From Fimbriimonadales bacterium (lineage in GTDB: Bacteria > Armatimonadota > Fimbriimonadia > Fimbriimonadales > ATM1): 64,000 nt of DNA. Each line of letters opens with the position of its first letter. Positions within the stretch are counted from its first letter, which is position 1. Of this stretch, positions 10,810 to 20,487 are shown piece by piece. The stretch covers positions 128,001 to 192,000 of the forward strand of contig JBGTLG010000006.1 of NCBI GenBank assembly GCA_041744215.1, given 5' to 3'. Under the pieces are notes generated by a model. The model saw only the letters and a program-made list of their open reading frames with translations, had not been told where the DNA came from and made no database searches. The position numbers were made by a program, and so were the translations under genes.

Positions 10810-11067
10810 GTCCCACACTGATTCCTAACTAAGGAAGTGTGACGAGACTGAAGCGGAAGAGTGATCTCCAATGTGGAGCCCGCATTGTGCGCTGATAGCG
10901 GTCTTCGCGTTCTGGTCGTATCAGTTGAGTATTTCTTGATTGAACCCTCGCGGCTCACAGATCCGAACAACCAAACTCTCAAACGCGCGCTAACTACAAT
11001 GAAATGTGCGCGGGTAGCTGCTGCCAACAAGCAACAGATACGAGGATGGTGAGCGCTTGCCTCGCCA

Positions 11068-11775
11068 TCAACACCTCGCAGTTTTGCGCTTCTTGCCGAC
11101 GCGGCCCATTGAGGCGACTTTGCGGATGTACTCCGGCGCGAAGGGGACCTTGCACGCCGTATCCCCCATATCCACCTTCACCTTGCCAATCTTCTCTCCA
11201 GCGCGCAGAGCCTCGTCGGCTAGATCAAGAACATAGGTTCCGAGTGCGATCACGAAGCTATTCATTTTGTAGCGCACTCGGTCCGGCTGGTCGTGGATGG
11301 TCGAAGAAACGCGCCCCAACAACCTCCTCAGCGCTGGGATGTCCAGGTCGGCGTCGTCTCTCACCGCGACCACGCTAGACAGCGTCCCCCAGCCTACGAC
11401 CGCGACCTTCTCCTCTGAGGAGTCGATCCACTCGAGCCCGAGGTCCCAACCGTGCGGGCCGTCTGCCGCAACCCAGGCTACTGCGAACTCGGCGACCACG
11501 TCGCTATCGGCTTTCCCGAGCCAGCCGCGCAGATCATCCTTCGACATCTTCTTTTCGTCGGCGATCAGCCCGGCCAGGTACATCGCGTCGTACACCCCGG
11601 TGTCGAACAGGTCGAGCGCGAGTTGGTAGTCCTTCTTGATCGCCTTCTGGTACTTCTTAAGCTCCTCGACCTTCACGCCGAAGAGCGGCCCTGTGACACC
11701 GTGGTTGCGTAAGACACGGCGGTAGCCCTCGGTACCGAGAGGCTCAATCTCTGAGATGATCTGTTGTGCGGTCAT
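11068..11775 (-). CDS. DNA alkylation repair protein (AlkD-like HEAT repeat)
   Basis: FGVKVEELK, LALDLFDTGVYDAMYLAG, C-terminal VDMGDTACKVP..YI motif. Confidence 0.85.
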   Translation of the reverse strand: MTAQQIISEIEPLGTEGYRRVLRNHGVTGPLFGVKVEELKKYQKAIKKDYQLALDLFDTGVYDAMYLAGLIADEKKMSKDDLRGWLGKADSDVVAEFAVAWVAADGPHGWDLGLEWIDSSEEKVAVVGWGTLSSVVAVRDDADLDIPALRRLLGRVSSTIHDQPDRVRYKMNSFVIALGTYVLDLADEALRAGEKIGKVKVDMGDTACKVPFAPEYIRKVASMGRVGKKRKTARC

Positions 11776-12068
11776 GGGTGGAGTCCGGATCAGATTGTCA
11801 TCCAATTGTATCCCTTTTGTGATACCCTCGAACGCTACCCGCCGCTCTGCGCTGGAACTGCTTCGTACCGTTCTCGTCGCGGTCCCATGTTGTCAAACGC
11901 CGAACAGCGGACAAGTGCGGATGAAACAGAGCATATCGACAATCCGATTCAGGCTAAGAAGCACGTCGGCGGTGTTCGGGCGCAGCATGTCGCTGACTTG
12001 CACGAAAGGCGATTTCGGCGCACAGACCCTCTTCCCTCGTTAGGTACCATCGCCTCGAAGGTATTCAA

Positions 12069-14972
12069 CTGGACTATCCAACTGGAACGGTTACTTTCCT
12101 CTTTACCGACATAGAGGGGAGCACGAAGCTTTGGGAAAACCAAAGCGCGAATATGCAGTTTGCGCTAAGGCGTCATGACGAAATCATAAGATCGGCGATC
12201 GTGGCGCAAAAAGGCGTTGTCTTCAAAACTGTCGGCGATGCATTCTGCGCTGCCTTTTGGACGGCGCCAGACGCGGTCGGGGCGATGGTCGAAGCTCAAC
12301 AGTCTCTTGCCGCAGAGCGTTGGCCGGACTCAATGGAGATTAAGGTGCGAATGGCGCTTCATACCGGTGTGGTTGATTTTCGCGACGGCGACTATTTCGG
12401 CAGAACTCTCAACCGTTTGGCCCGACTCCTTGCCATCGGACACGGAGGCCAATGCCTGATCTCGGAGAGCACTCAGGTTCTCCTAAAGGGTGACTCAGCG
12501 AACTTCAATGTCAGACCCATGGGCCTGCACCGGCTGAAGGATCTTGAGAACCCGGAAACGGTGTTCCAGGTGGATTGGAACAGCGACGCACAGGACTTTC
12601 CGCCCCTTCGCTCACTCGATAGCGACGAGTTTCCAAACAACCTTCCTGTCCAAACTACAAGTTTCGTTGGCAGAGAGCAAGAACTTGAGCAAGTGCTCAA
12701 TCTGATGGAGCGTACTCACTTGCTGACATTGACAGGTGCGGGCGGCTGCGGCAAGTCGAGACTTGCACTGCAAACTGCAGCAGAACTAACCGCAAGGTTC
12801 TCCGACGGGATTTGGTTCGTCGAGATCGCCCCACTCCAAGACGGAGACCTCGTCGCACAAACCATCGCTGGAGTTCTCAAGCTAAGTGTGGGACAGGGGC
12901 AGAACGTGCTCGATGTGCTCTGCACAAACCTTAAGTCCAAGGAAACCCTGCTGGTTCTGGACAACTGCGAGCACGTCATTGCTGACTGCGCAAGAATCGC
13001 CGATGCATTGCTGCGTTCGTGCAAGTCTCTGAGGATTCTCTGCACCAGCCGCGAACCGCTTACCATAAGTGGCGAGGTGACATACCGCGTTCCATCGCTG
13101 TCCGTGCCGAGTCAGCCCTTCCTCGCCACTGAAGAGAACCTCGGACAGTACGCGTCGGTGCAACTCTTTATCGACAGGGCATTGGCAATCGACCCTAGCT
13201 TTGCTGTGACCAATGACAACGCGCCGTCACTTGCCGATATCTGCTTCCGCCTCGATGGCATCCCGCTCGCCATCGAGCTGGCCGCCGCTCGCATTCGCTC
13301 CTTTTCGTTGGAGGAGATTAGGGCCCGCCTAAATGACAGCTTCAAACTGTTGACCGGCGGAAGTCGGACGGCGCTGCCTCGGCAGCAGACGCTGCGTTCA
13401 CTGATCGACTGGTCGTACGACTTGCTCAGCGAACCGGAAAAAATACTCTTCGCCCGATTGTCATGCTTTTCTGGAAGCTGGTCAATGGAAGCGGCAGAGG
13501 CGATCTGTGGCGATCGCGCTGTGGCCGACATCGGTGTCGTCGATCTCCTCTCGGCTCTCGTGGACAAAAGCTTGGTCGTCGCTCTGCCCCGCCCCACGGG
13601 CACGCGGTTCAGGTTTCTCGAGACGATCAGACAGTATGCGAGCGAGTGCCTCGAGCGCGGCAGCGAAAGAGATGACATGATCCGGCGGCACATCGAGTAC
13701 TTCATTGAATTCGTCTGCGACGGCCGAACTAAGCTCGAGGGACCGGACTGCTCGATATGGCGGGTGCGTTACGACGACGATATCGACAACATTCGATCGG
13801 CATTCCATCACTGCCTTGCCGACCCAAAAGGCGGCGAGAACGCTTGCAAGATTGCAGGAGACTTTGGAACGTACTTCTACCACCGTGGGCTCATAACCGA
13901 AGGCATCGATGTGATGCAGCGTGCCATCACTCACTCGGCCGACACCCCCCACATCAAGCCGCGATTGTCGGCACATAACGTTGGAGGATGGCTCGCACAT
14001 ACCGCCAACAACACAGAACTGGCCGAATCTTTCTGGACAGACCTCATGGGGTTGGCGGTCGGCCATGAACCAGAAATGGTCGCAGCTGCTCGCAACGGTC
14101 TCGGTCTCGTTTGCTCCCAGCATCGTCAAGAGTATTCGTTGGCGCTTGAGCACTTCGAAGAAACGCTGCGCGTGGCCCATACTGTTGGAAGGACTCCGTC
14201 GATTCCGCTGATGAACATGGGTGACACACTCATGCGCATGGGAGAATACGACCGCGCCGAGGAGAAGCTAGAGGAGGGTATGAGAGTATGCATACAGCAT
14301 GAACTGACGGAGTCGCTCCTCACAACACGATTCGCGCTGGGCCTCGTCCAGATGCACCGAGGCAACTTCGAGGAGGCGCACCAGTTGTTCGATCAGGTTA
14401 TAGCCGACGCGCGGCACGGTGGATTTCTTGTTCGCCTATACGACGCGCTGGTGGCAAATGCCGACGCTTTGCTTGCAATGGGGGGGGCACAACAAGCACT
14501 CGAGGTGCTCGATGATGCCAACGCCGTTTGGGAAGCGCAAGACGTTGGCGGATACGATCTGGAGTGTCAGGCCGTGAGAGTTCGCACGCTCGCCAGCCTG
14601 GGCCGAGTGGAAGAGGCGAAAGCAACCTTCGCCTACGCGCACCGCTCTTTACCCAACATGCATCAGCCTATGTCTCAATATCTCTTCTTCGACGCCGCCG
14701 CGCATCTAGCTCTCGCCACTGGGAAACATACTTTGACCGCAGAACTCCAAGGCGCAGCGCAAGCAATCTCAGACAGTTGGGCCGAGTATCTGCACGTGGA
14801 CCTGAAGCTTCGATTCGATGCGCTGGCAGATAAGCTCAAGGACACTTTGGGACAGCCGGCATACCAGGATTCACTCGCAGCCGGAGCGACAACCTCGCCG
14901 GCTGAAATCGCATCACGTCTTCTCGACGCTAAGCAAACCGCGGACACGATGCTGGATCCAAGCTCAGTCTGA
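12069..14972 (+). CDS. Class III adenylate/guanylate cyclase - NB-ARC/STAND ATPase - TPR protein
   Basis: PTGTVTFLFTDIEGST lies upstream of ATG 12153 (CTG start inferred); FKTVGDAF, DYFG..LNR.AR, NNLP...TSFVGRE, GAGGCGKSR, LLVLDNCEH, LDGIPLAIELAAAR; TPR-like tail. Confidence 0.9.
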   Translation: MDYPTGTVTFLFTDIEGSTKLWENQSANMQFALRRHDEIIRSAIVAQKGVVFKTVGDAFCAAFWTAPDAVGAMVEAQQSLAAERWPDSMEIKVRMALHTGVVDFRDGDYFGRTLNRLARLLAIGHGGQCLISESTQVLLKGDSANFNVRPMGLHRLKDLENPETVFQVDWNSDAQDFPPLRSLDSDEFPNNLPVQTTSFVGREQELEQVLNLMERTHLLTLTGAGGCGKSRLALQTAAELTARFSDGIWFVEIAPLQDGDLVAQTIAGVLKLSVGQGQNVLDVLCTNLKSKETLLVLDNCEHVIADCARIADALLRSCKSLRILCTSREPLTISGEVTYRVPSLSVPSQPFLATEENLGQYASVQLFIDRALAIDPSFAVTNDNAPSLADICFRLDGIPLAIELAAARIRSFSLEEIRARLNDSFKLLTGGSRTALPRQQTLRSLIDWSYDLLSEPEKILFARLSCFSGSWSMEAAEAICGDRAVADIGVVDLLSALVDKSLVVALPRPTGTRFRFLETIRQYASECLERGSERDDMIRRHIEYFIEFVCDGRTKLEGPDCSIWRVRYDDDIDNIRSAFHHCLADPKGGENACKIAGDFGTYFYHRGLITEGIDVMQRAITHSADTPHIKPRLSAHNVGGWLAHTANNTELAESFWTDLMGLAVGHEPEMVAAARNGLGLVCSQHRQEYSLALEHFEETLRVAHTVGRTPSIPLMNMGDTLMRMGEYDRAEEKLEEGMRVCIQHELTESLLTTRFALGLVQMHRGNFEEAHQLFDQVIADARHGGFLVRLYDALVANADALLAMGGAQQALEVLDDANAVWEAQDVGGYDLECQAVRVRTLASLGRVEEAKATFAYAHRSLPNMHQPMSQYLFFDAAAHLALATGKHTLTAELQGAAQAISDSWAEYLHVDLKLRFDALADKLKDTLGQPAYQDSLAAGATTSPAEIASRLLDAKQTADTMLDPSSV

Positions 14973-15086
14973 GCCTGTCGCCCACAGTGGCAATCCCGGC
15001 CGTTCGAGTCCCAAAGTTTTGGCGGCAACCGCGACAATGAAAAGTGCACGCTCACAGCGCAACAAGCTCGGTGGTAGAGTGTACGC

Positions 15087-15506
15087 ATGGCCAAGACCCA
15101 AGCGCCCGCGACTCCAGAGGAATACATCGCACAGCTCGATGAGCCCAGACGCTCGCACATCCAGGCGATCTACGACTTAGTTAGAGAAGCAGCGCCGGAG
15201 CTAGAGCCCTGGATGGTCGCCGGAAAAATCGGATTTGGCAAGTTGATGTATCAAGGCAAGAGCAAAAAGTGCGCGGGCGAGTGGTTTAAGCTCGGTCTCG
15301 CCAGCAACAAGAACACGATCATGTTCGCGACCTGCGCAGTGGTGGACGGCAAAAACCTCGCCGAAGTTTATGCCCCGAAGCTGCCCAAAGCCGATGTCGG
15401 CCGTAGCTGCATCAATTTCCGCAAGTTCGAAGACGCGGATCTGGACGTGCTGCGAGAAATCGCCCAGAAAACGGCCAAAGCGGACTTCTCGAATTGGCTG
15501 ATGTGA
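15087..15506 (+). CDS. DUF1801 (YdhG-like) domain protein
   Basis: TPEEYIAQLDEPRR, LVREAAPEL, GLASNKN, GRSCINFRK. Confidence 0.8.
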   Translation: MAKTQAPATPEEYIAQLDEPRRSHIQAIYDLVREAAPELEPWMVAGKIGFGKLMYQGKSKKCAGEWFKLGLASNKNTIMFATCAVVDGKNLAEVYAPKLPKADVGRSCINFRKFEDADLDVLREIAQKTAKADFSNWLM

Positions 15507-15720
15507 AGGCGGCCCAGAGACCGCTCGATGCCAGAACCTCAAAATCACGGTGATCAGCGTGAAGGGCAAAGGGGTGAATGGGGCTCAGTCGTGCTTCCGG
15601 ATGAAAAGCCGGGCAAGTGAGGAAGCAGGGCACGGTCGTGCGCCGCGTCCTCACCAGCGTCCCAGAATCAAATGCAAGTAATCAGATCAGGGCAGGAAAT
15701 CCTCCGAGTTCTGACGTCAA

Positions 15721-16632
15721 CTAATCCTTCGGCTGGAGGGCAAGTGATTCTTCAATGATCTCTTTTATCTCAGGGGTTAATCCCGGCGAGAACTCTTCGG
15801 GTCTTTCTGGAGCAGGTCCGGGATTGGGGGCGCCTTCCGGTGGTTCTTCCTGCGTTTCCACGCTTGTTCCGTCGTTTGCAGGTGACGATCCTTTGAACAC
15901 TTTCGCCATTTCCGATTCCACGAGACTGAAGTGATGCTGTCTCAGATGAAGACCCCGGCTCATCAGATCGTCAACTTCTGGATATCTGGTTGCGTCAAAA
16001 TCTGGTATTGGGAGCACTTTCCCCCAGTCAACTCCAAGCGATTCGAGCGCCTTAGCGAAGACCATTTCGTGCGCATGGTCTCGCACGATGAGGTAAGAAA
16101 CTGTAGCTCTGGCCGTTTTGTTCGCGGTCATTTCATAGATTCGGCACTTTTGCAAACGACCCGTGGATTCCAGCATCAAGTTATACAAAAGGTCTAGCGT
16201 CAAATTTCCGCTGTTGTAAACATAAGAGCCTGACCAGGGGTTACCAACGGAATCTACAGGAAGAGCTCCCTGCGCACCGACAAGGAAGTGGTGAATGTTC
16301 GGTGCAGTAAGGGCAATTTCCAGTGGTGTAGTTCCGCCTTCACCCGGCACCTTCTCTGGTTTGCCTTTGTAGCGGGGCGATCCATCGAGAAGGGTCGCTA
16401 TTGTGGTCGCGATGAGCTCAAAGTGTGAAATCTCTTCAACGCCTACGCCGTGAATGAGGTCTCGATACGGCTTTGCGTCACCTCGAAAATTGAACGACTG
16501 AAACAGATACTGCATCATCGTCCGCATTTCGCCAAACTGACCGCCAAGTCCCTCCTGCAAAGCGTTTGCCGCCGCTGGATCCGGTTCGTCGGGAACGATT
16601 TCATTGATTAGGTTGGGAACAGAAAAGTACAT
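15721..16632 (-). CDS. Manganese catalase family protein
   Basis: LQEGLGGQFGEMRTMMQYLFQ, EEISH, GNPWSGSY, NLMLE, RDHAH Mn-ligand motifs. Confidence 0.92.
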   Translation of the reverse strand: MYFSVPNLINEIVPDEPDPAAANALQEGLGGQFGEMRTMMQYLFQSFNFRGDAKPYRDLIHGVGVEEISHFELIATTIATLLDGSPRYKGKPEKVPGEGGTTPLEIALTAPNIHHFLVGAQGALPVDSVGNPWSGSYVYNSGNLTLDLLYNLMLESTGRLQKCRIYEMTANKTARATVSYLIVRDHAHEMVFAKALESLGVDWGKVLPIPDFDATRYPEVDDLMSRGLHLRQHHFSLVESEMAKVFKGSSPANDGTSVETQEEPPEGAPNPGPAPERPEEFSPGLTPEIKEIIEESLALQPKD

Positions 16633-16929
16633 CGCATAACTCCTCTCAGGGATTTCCTGAATAGCTCTTAAACGACTTCTCCAACGTTTCATTCCCTAAG
16701 AACTGAAAATGAGCTGTCTTGATGGTGTCTGACAGATTCTTTGCGTCTGTTAAGTAAGGGACAGACGAGAATCACAAACTGAAGTTGTCCGTGAACGAGG
16801 ATCATCGGCGGGGGAGACGACTCTAAAAAGAGGTGCTTTCACAGGTTAGCTTTTAAGGAGGACTTTCACCGTTGCGAGGGAGCAATTGTCGTCCCAGCCA
16901 GGAAACTCGTTGCGCCATAATCTGGACAG

Positions 16930-17163
16930 ATGCGAAGCTCGACATTCCGACGCTCCCAACAACAGCGGCGCAAGGACTGGGCACGCAGCATCGTGAGCCG
17001 TTACCTGGATCCTGAGTCGCCAAAGGGTCGGAGGGAAGTTGGCCGCGTTGCCACCCACCACACTTTCTGCGGGTGCTTCTATTGCCGACGCCCCAAGTTG
17101 CTCCGCATTCCGAGGCTCGCTGAGTTACGGTCCGCGGCTGCCGACAAGGATGCTCTAGATTAG
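16930..17163 (+). CDS. Small basic protein with HxxCxCxxC motif (putative metal-binding)
   Basis: Arg-rich N-terminus, HHTFCGCFYCRRP; CATAAT -10-like box 8 nt upstream of the ATG. Confidence 0.55.
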   Translation: MRSSTFRRSQQQRRKDWARSIVSRYLDPESPKGRREVGRVATHHTFCGCFYCRRPKLLRIPRLAELRSAAADKDALD

Positions 17164-17274
17164 CAACTTGTTCTCGGTTTTCGCGGAGCCGCACTGCTTT
17201 GCGCTGCAATAGGGCGACAGGCCGACAAGGCTTGGGCCCGCCCGGAAGGGCCATTCGCGAAGCGCGGCATCACC

Positions 17275-17928
17275 TCAAGCCGAACCGCTCGATGAAGGAT
17301 TGATAACTATCTCCAGCCGTTGGCGATCCAGCCACCGAAAGGCCAGATCTTGAGGCAGGGGCACTCTCGCGCTGAGTCGCGGGGCGAGGACGGGAAAGCC
17401 GATTCCTTCGACCCGTGCGATGACGCCGCGTAAGGGCGCCTCAAGACACGCGGGGATTCGCATCGCCTCAGTCCAGGTTCCCTCGACCTTCAGCATCACG
17501 GGAAAGGTATCCCGAGTTGTGTTGAAGTTGATATGGACCTCGTTCGCACCGTCCTGCAGCGCTTGTGCCAGGATGCCGTTGAACAGCTTGACGAGCGGAG
17601 GCTCCGTGAGCATCTCCGTCGCGAGCCGATCCGCGACTTCGTAGCGGTTCGCCAGTTCCACGACTCTACGGTGCAGTTCCAGCCCTTCGGGTACCAGCGC
17701 TACTTCTTCAGAGAGTAGATCGGATTCTCTGCGCAAATTCTCAAGCGCAATCCGGAAGAGGAAGCTCTTCTCGTCTTTGCTGAGAAAAACCACGTAGTCC
17801 TTGGCACGCTTTTCGATGCCTTTCCCAAACTGTGGATCCTTATAGATACCGAAGGATCGACCAAAGGCGCGGGCCAGGAATGCAACGATGGCGATTGGAA
17901 TAGAGCGTTTCTGCAGGTTAAGCCGCAT
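17275..17928 (-). CDS. Hypothetical protein with a GspE/PilB N2-like segment, no ATPase domain
   Basis: EPPLVKLFNGILAQALQDGANEVHI...LKVEG resembles the PilB/GspE P.I.LVN.IL..A...GASDIHI...RVDG pattern. Confidence 0.5.
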   Translation of the reverse strand: MRLNLQKRSIPIAIVAFLARAFGRSFGIYKDPQFGKGIEKRAKDYVVFLSKDEKSFLFRIALENLRRESDLLSEEVALVPEGLELHRRVVELANRYEVADRLATEMLTEPPLVKLFNGILAQALQDGANEVHINFNTTRDTFPVMLKVEGTWTEAMRIPACLEAPLRGVIARVEGIGFPVLAPRLSARVPLPQDLAFRWLDRQRLEIVINPSSSGSA

Positions 17929-17947
17929 ACTGTGAAGTCTTTTACCC

Positions 17948-18886
17948 TTACAGGTTCTTGTGCAGTTTGGACGCCAGGTCCCGCGCGGCGGATGGCCAGT
18001 CCGGGAACCTGAACTCAAAACCAGCCTGAAGCAACCGAGTCGGGACGACACGTCGACTCTTCAACACAAGTTCGCTCTCGGTACGCATGATCCGCGTCCC
18101 GATCTCGATCATCCACGCCGTCGCCGGCACGCCGATGCGCACACCTAGCGCCTGCCGAAGTGTAGCTGCAAACTCCACCTGCGGCAGCGGATTCGGCGAG
18201 CAGACATTGACCGGTCCGTCGAGCGATTCGTGATCGATGAGGAACTGGACTGCGTGCGCGAAGTCGTGCTCGTGAATCCATGAGACGTACTGCCGCCCCG
18301 AGCCTTGCCGACCGCCGAGGCCGCGCCGAGCGAGGGTTGCCAACACGTCGAAGATGCTGCCGCGATCGGGCGACATCGTCATTGCGCTGCGCATCGCCAC
18401 CTTGCGAACGCCCGGTGTTTCTGCGGCATCGAGCTCCGCCTCCCACGCCTTTGCAATTGCAATGCTCGCATTCCATGTGCGCGGTGCGCCGACCTCGTCG
18501 CCGCCGATGATGCCGGTGAGTTCGTCGTTCGGCGCGTCGAAACGGTGGGTGTAGATGGTCGCCGTGGCAGCTTGGAGCCACACCCTCGGAGGCGTTGTTT
18601 GAAGGAGTGCCTGGCCAAGTACGCGTACCGATCGCACGCGGCTCTGCATCATGGCGTCGAGGTTCTTAGCCGTGTAGCGGCAGTTCACGCTCTGACCAGC
18701 GAGGTTGATGAGCACGTCCGCACCATCAATAGCGTCAACCCATGGTCCGAGGTTTTCGCCATCCCACCGGCTGACGCCCGGTCTCTCAGACCGACTGAGG
18801 ACGATCACCTCGTCGCCGCGGGTGGCGAAGTGCCGCTTCAGCAGCGCGCCGATATGCCCAGTGCCTCCAGCGAGAACGACCTTCAT
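17948..18886 (-). CDS. TIGR01777/YfcH-like NAD-dependent epimerase (DUF1731)
   Basis: GGTGHIG Rossmann motif, INLAG, SRV, GSGRQYVSWIH, GPVN, S.RVVPTRL..AGFEF. Confidence 0.9.
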   Translation of the reverse strand: MKVVLAGGTGHIGALLKRHFATRGDEVIVLSRSERPGVSRWDGENLGPWVDAIDGADVLINLAGQSVNCRYTAKNLDAMMQSRVRSVRVLGQALLQTTPPRVWLQAATATIYTHRFDAPNDELTGIIGGDEVGAPRTWNASIAIAKAWEAELDAAETPGVRKVAMRSAMTMSPDRGSIFDVLATLARRGLGGRQGSGRQYVSWIHEHDFAHAVQFLIDHESLDGPVNVCSPNPLPQVEFAATLRQALGVRIGVPATAWMIEIGTRIMRTESELVLKSRRVVPTRLLQAGFEFRFPDWPSAARDLASKLHKNL

Positions 18887-19047
18887 TGTGGCTTCGAGGT
18901 GATGATACTCGTGACTGCACCCCGAACCAAGGTAACGGAAACCGTTGAAAGTTTCCTTAATCTGGCTCTTGCACCTCGCCCGATTGCATCGCCGGGAACG
19001 CTATGGCCGGAGCCTCGCCAACCTCAGGCGGCGGTTCATACTGAGTT

Positions 19048-19872
19048 GTGGAGACCGTTCGCTTCGCCCCAAGCCCAACGGGATGGCTGCATATCGGGCA
19101 CGCCTACTCAGCCGCCTTCGCAAAGGACGCCGCGCGAGGCGGTCGCTACATTCTCCGAATCGAAGACATCGATCAGGGCAGATCGAGGGACGAGTTCATT
19201 GACGCCATATTCGAGGACTTGCAGTGGTTGGGAATTGAATGGGAACAGCCACCCACTTTCCAATCCAAACGGCTGCAACTTTACGAGAGCGCGCTCGCAC
19301 GCCTCATTGAGCAAGGATGCGTCTACCCTTGCTTCTGCTCGCGCAAAGACATCGCCGAAGCGCTCCAAGCCCCCCATAAAACTTTCGATCAGTACCCGGG
19401 AACGTGTCGCCTGCTTTCGAAAAAAGAGGCTGCCCAACGCATCGACGAAAGCGCCAGTTTCGCGTGGCGACTCGACGTCTCGCTCGCCCTCGAACGCATT
19501 GGGCCGCTGACCTGGAACGATCGAAAGCGCGGCGTACAAACTGTGCATAGCGGCGACATCGGCGATCCTATCGTCGGCAGAAAGGACGCCCCGACGAGTT
19601 ACCACCTTAGCTCGGTCGTCGACGATGCCGACCACGGAATCTCGCTGGTGACTCGCGGTGAAGACCTCGTCGATGCGACCCCCATCCACCGGATCCTCCA
19701 AGAGTTGTTAGGTCTCGCGGTGCCCGAGTACGAGCATCACCCCTTGGTCGGCGACGCGCACGGAAACCGTCTCTCCAAGCGCGACCATTCGGTAAGTCTT
19801 CGCCAGTTGCGCGAAAGCGGAATGACTCCATACGAAGTCCTGGAGGTGGCAACCGCCCGCATCATCCATTAG
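19048..19872 (+). CDS. gluQ: tRNA glutamyl-Q(34) synthetase
   Basis: RFAPSPTG.LHIGH, LRIEDID, CFCSR Zn site, YPGTCR, RGEDL, RLSKR; no anticodon-binding domain. Confidence 0.9.
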   Translation: METVRFAPSPTGWLHIGHAYSAAFAKDAARGGRYILRIEDIDQGRSRDEFIDAIFEDLQWLGIEWEQPPTFQSKRLQLYESALARLIEQGCVYPCFCSRKDIAEALQAPHKTFDQYPGTCRLLSKKEAAQRIDESASFAWRLDVSLALERIGPLTWNDRKRGVQTVHSGDIGDPIVGRKDAPTSYHLSSVVDDADHGISLVTRGEDLVDATPIHRILQELLGLAVPEYEHHPLVGDAHGNRLSKRDHSVSLRQLRESGMTPYEVLEVATARIIH

Positions 19873-19911
19873 TGCCAGCCCCAGTCCCCGTCGTGTAAAA
19901 TCACCCGACCT

Positions 19912-20460
19912 ATGCCTCCTGTCTTTGAAGTTCTCGCCCAAGTTCTCCTTCCGCTCGTCATTCTCACAGCGCCCACTCCGCAAAAGCCCGACGAGAACGC
20001 CGACTTCACATTTAACAAAGTCGAGTACTTCCACCGCTACACCAAGGACAACCTTCGCGAGTTCACGCCCAAGGGACAATCGGATCTAAAGAAATGGACC
20101 GACATGTTCACGATCAACGACTACCCGACCATCAAGGACGGCGAAGCGCTTGCGGCAGCGGCGAACTCAGTTCTCGAAACCTACAAAGCCCACCAAGCCA
20201 TAGTGGTCCGCACAGCCTCCGTCCCGAGAACCGAGACCAAACCGGCCGAGCACCTCATCGTCGTCGTCTTCCCGAGACCTGAGTTTATGGAGGCCTCTTT
20301 CACTCGCTTCGTGATTGACAAAGGCGTCGGCGCATCGCTGGTCTATTCGCATCGAATCTACGGAAGCAAGGTCGGCGACGCGATGAGCGCATGGCTGACA
20401 AGCAACGGCGAGAAGATTGAAAAAGCGCTCATGGGAATGCCGTCAGTTCCGAAACGTTAG
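19912..20460 (+). CDS. Hypothetical exported protein
   Basis: Hydrophobic N-terminus, coherent 182-aa ORF, TAAAAT box upstream. Confidence 0.6.
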   Translation: MPPVFEVLAQVLLPLVILTAPTPQKPDENADFTFNKVEYFHRYTKDNLREFTPKGQSDLKKWTDMFTINDYPTIKDGEALAAAANSVLETYKAHQAIVVRTASVPRTETKPAEHLIVVVFPRPEFMEASFTRFVIDKGVGASLVYSHRIYGSKVGDAMSAWLTSNGEKIEKALMGMPSVPKR

Positions 20461-20487
20461 GACGACTACAAACAAACGCGCCGCGTG

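Noticed and set aside
10814-10841. Hairpin after tRNA-Glu as an intrinsic terminator
   Set aside because: Imperfect stem (CACAC..TTCCT/AGGAA.GTGTG) with no U-tract; insufficient support.
10752-11030. 92-aa minus-strand ORF (likewise 59977-60318)
   Set aside because: Its C-terminus is the antisense translation of a tRNA, a classic spurious ORF.
14995-15015. GTTCGAGTCCC as a tRNA fragment or attR of a tRNA-Glu island
   Set aside because: Only a short T-loop-like match; the flanks match neither the tRNA-Glu 3' end nor a cloverleaf.
18305-19510. 401-aa plus-strand ORF
   Set aside because: Overlaps the TIGR01777 gene antisense and gluQ out of frame; no family motifs.
19048-19872. gltX (glutamyl-tRNA ligase) call
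   Set aside because: Only 274 aa with no anticodon-binding domain; it fits GluQ.
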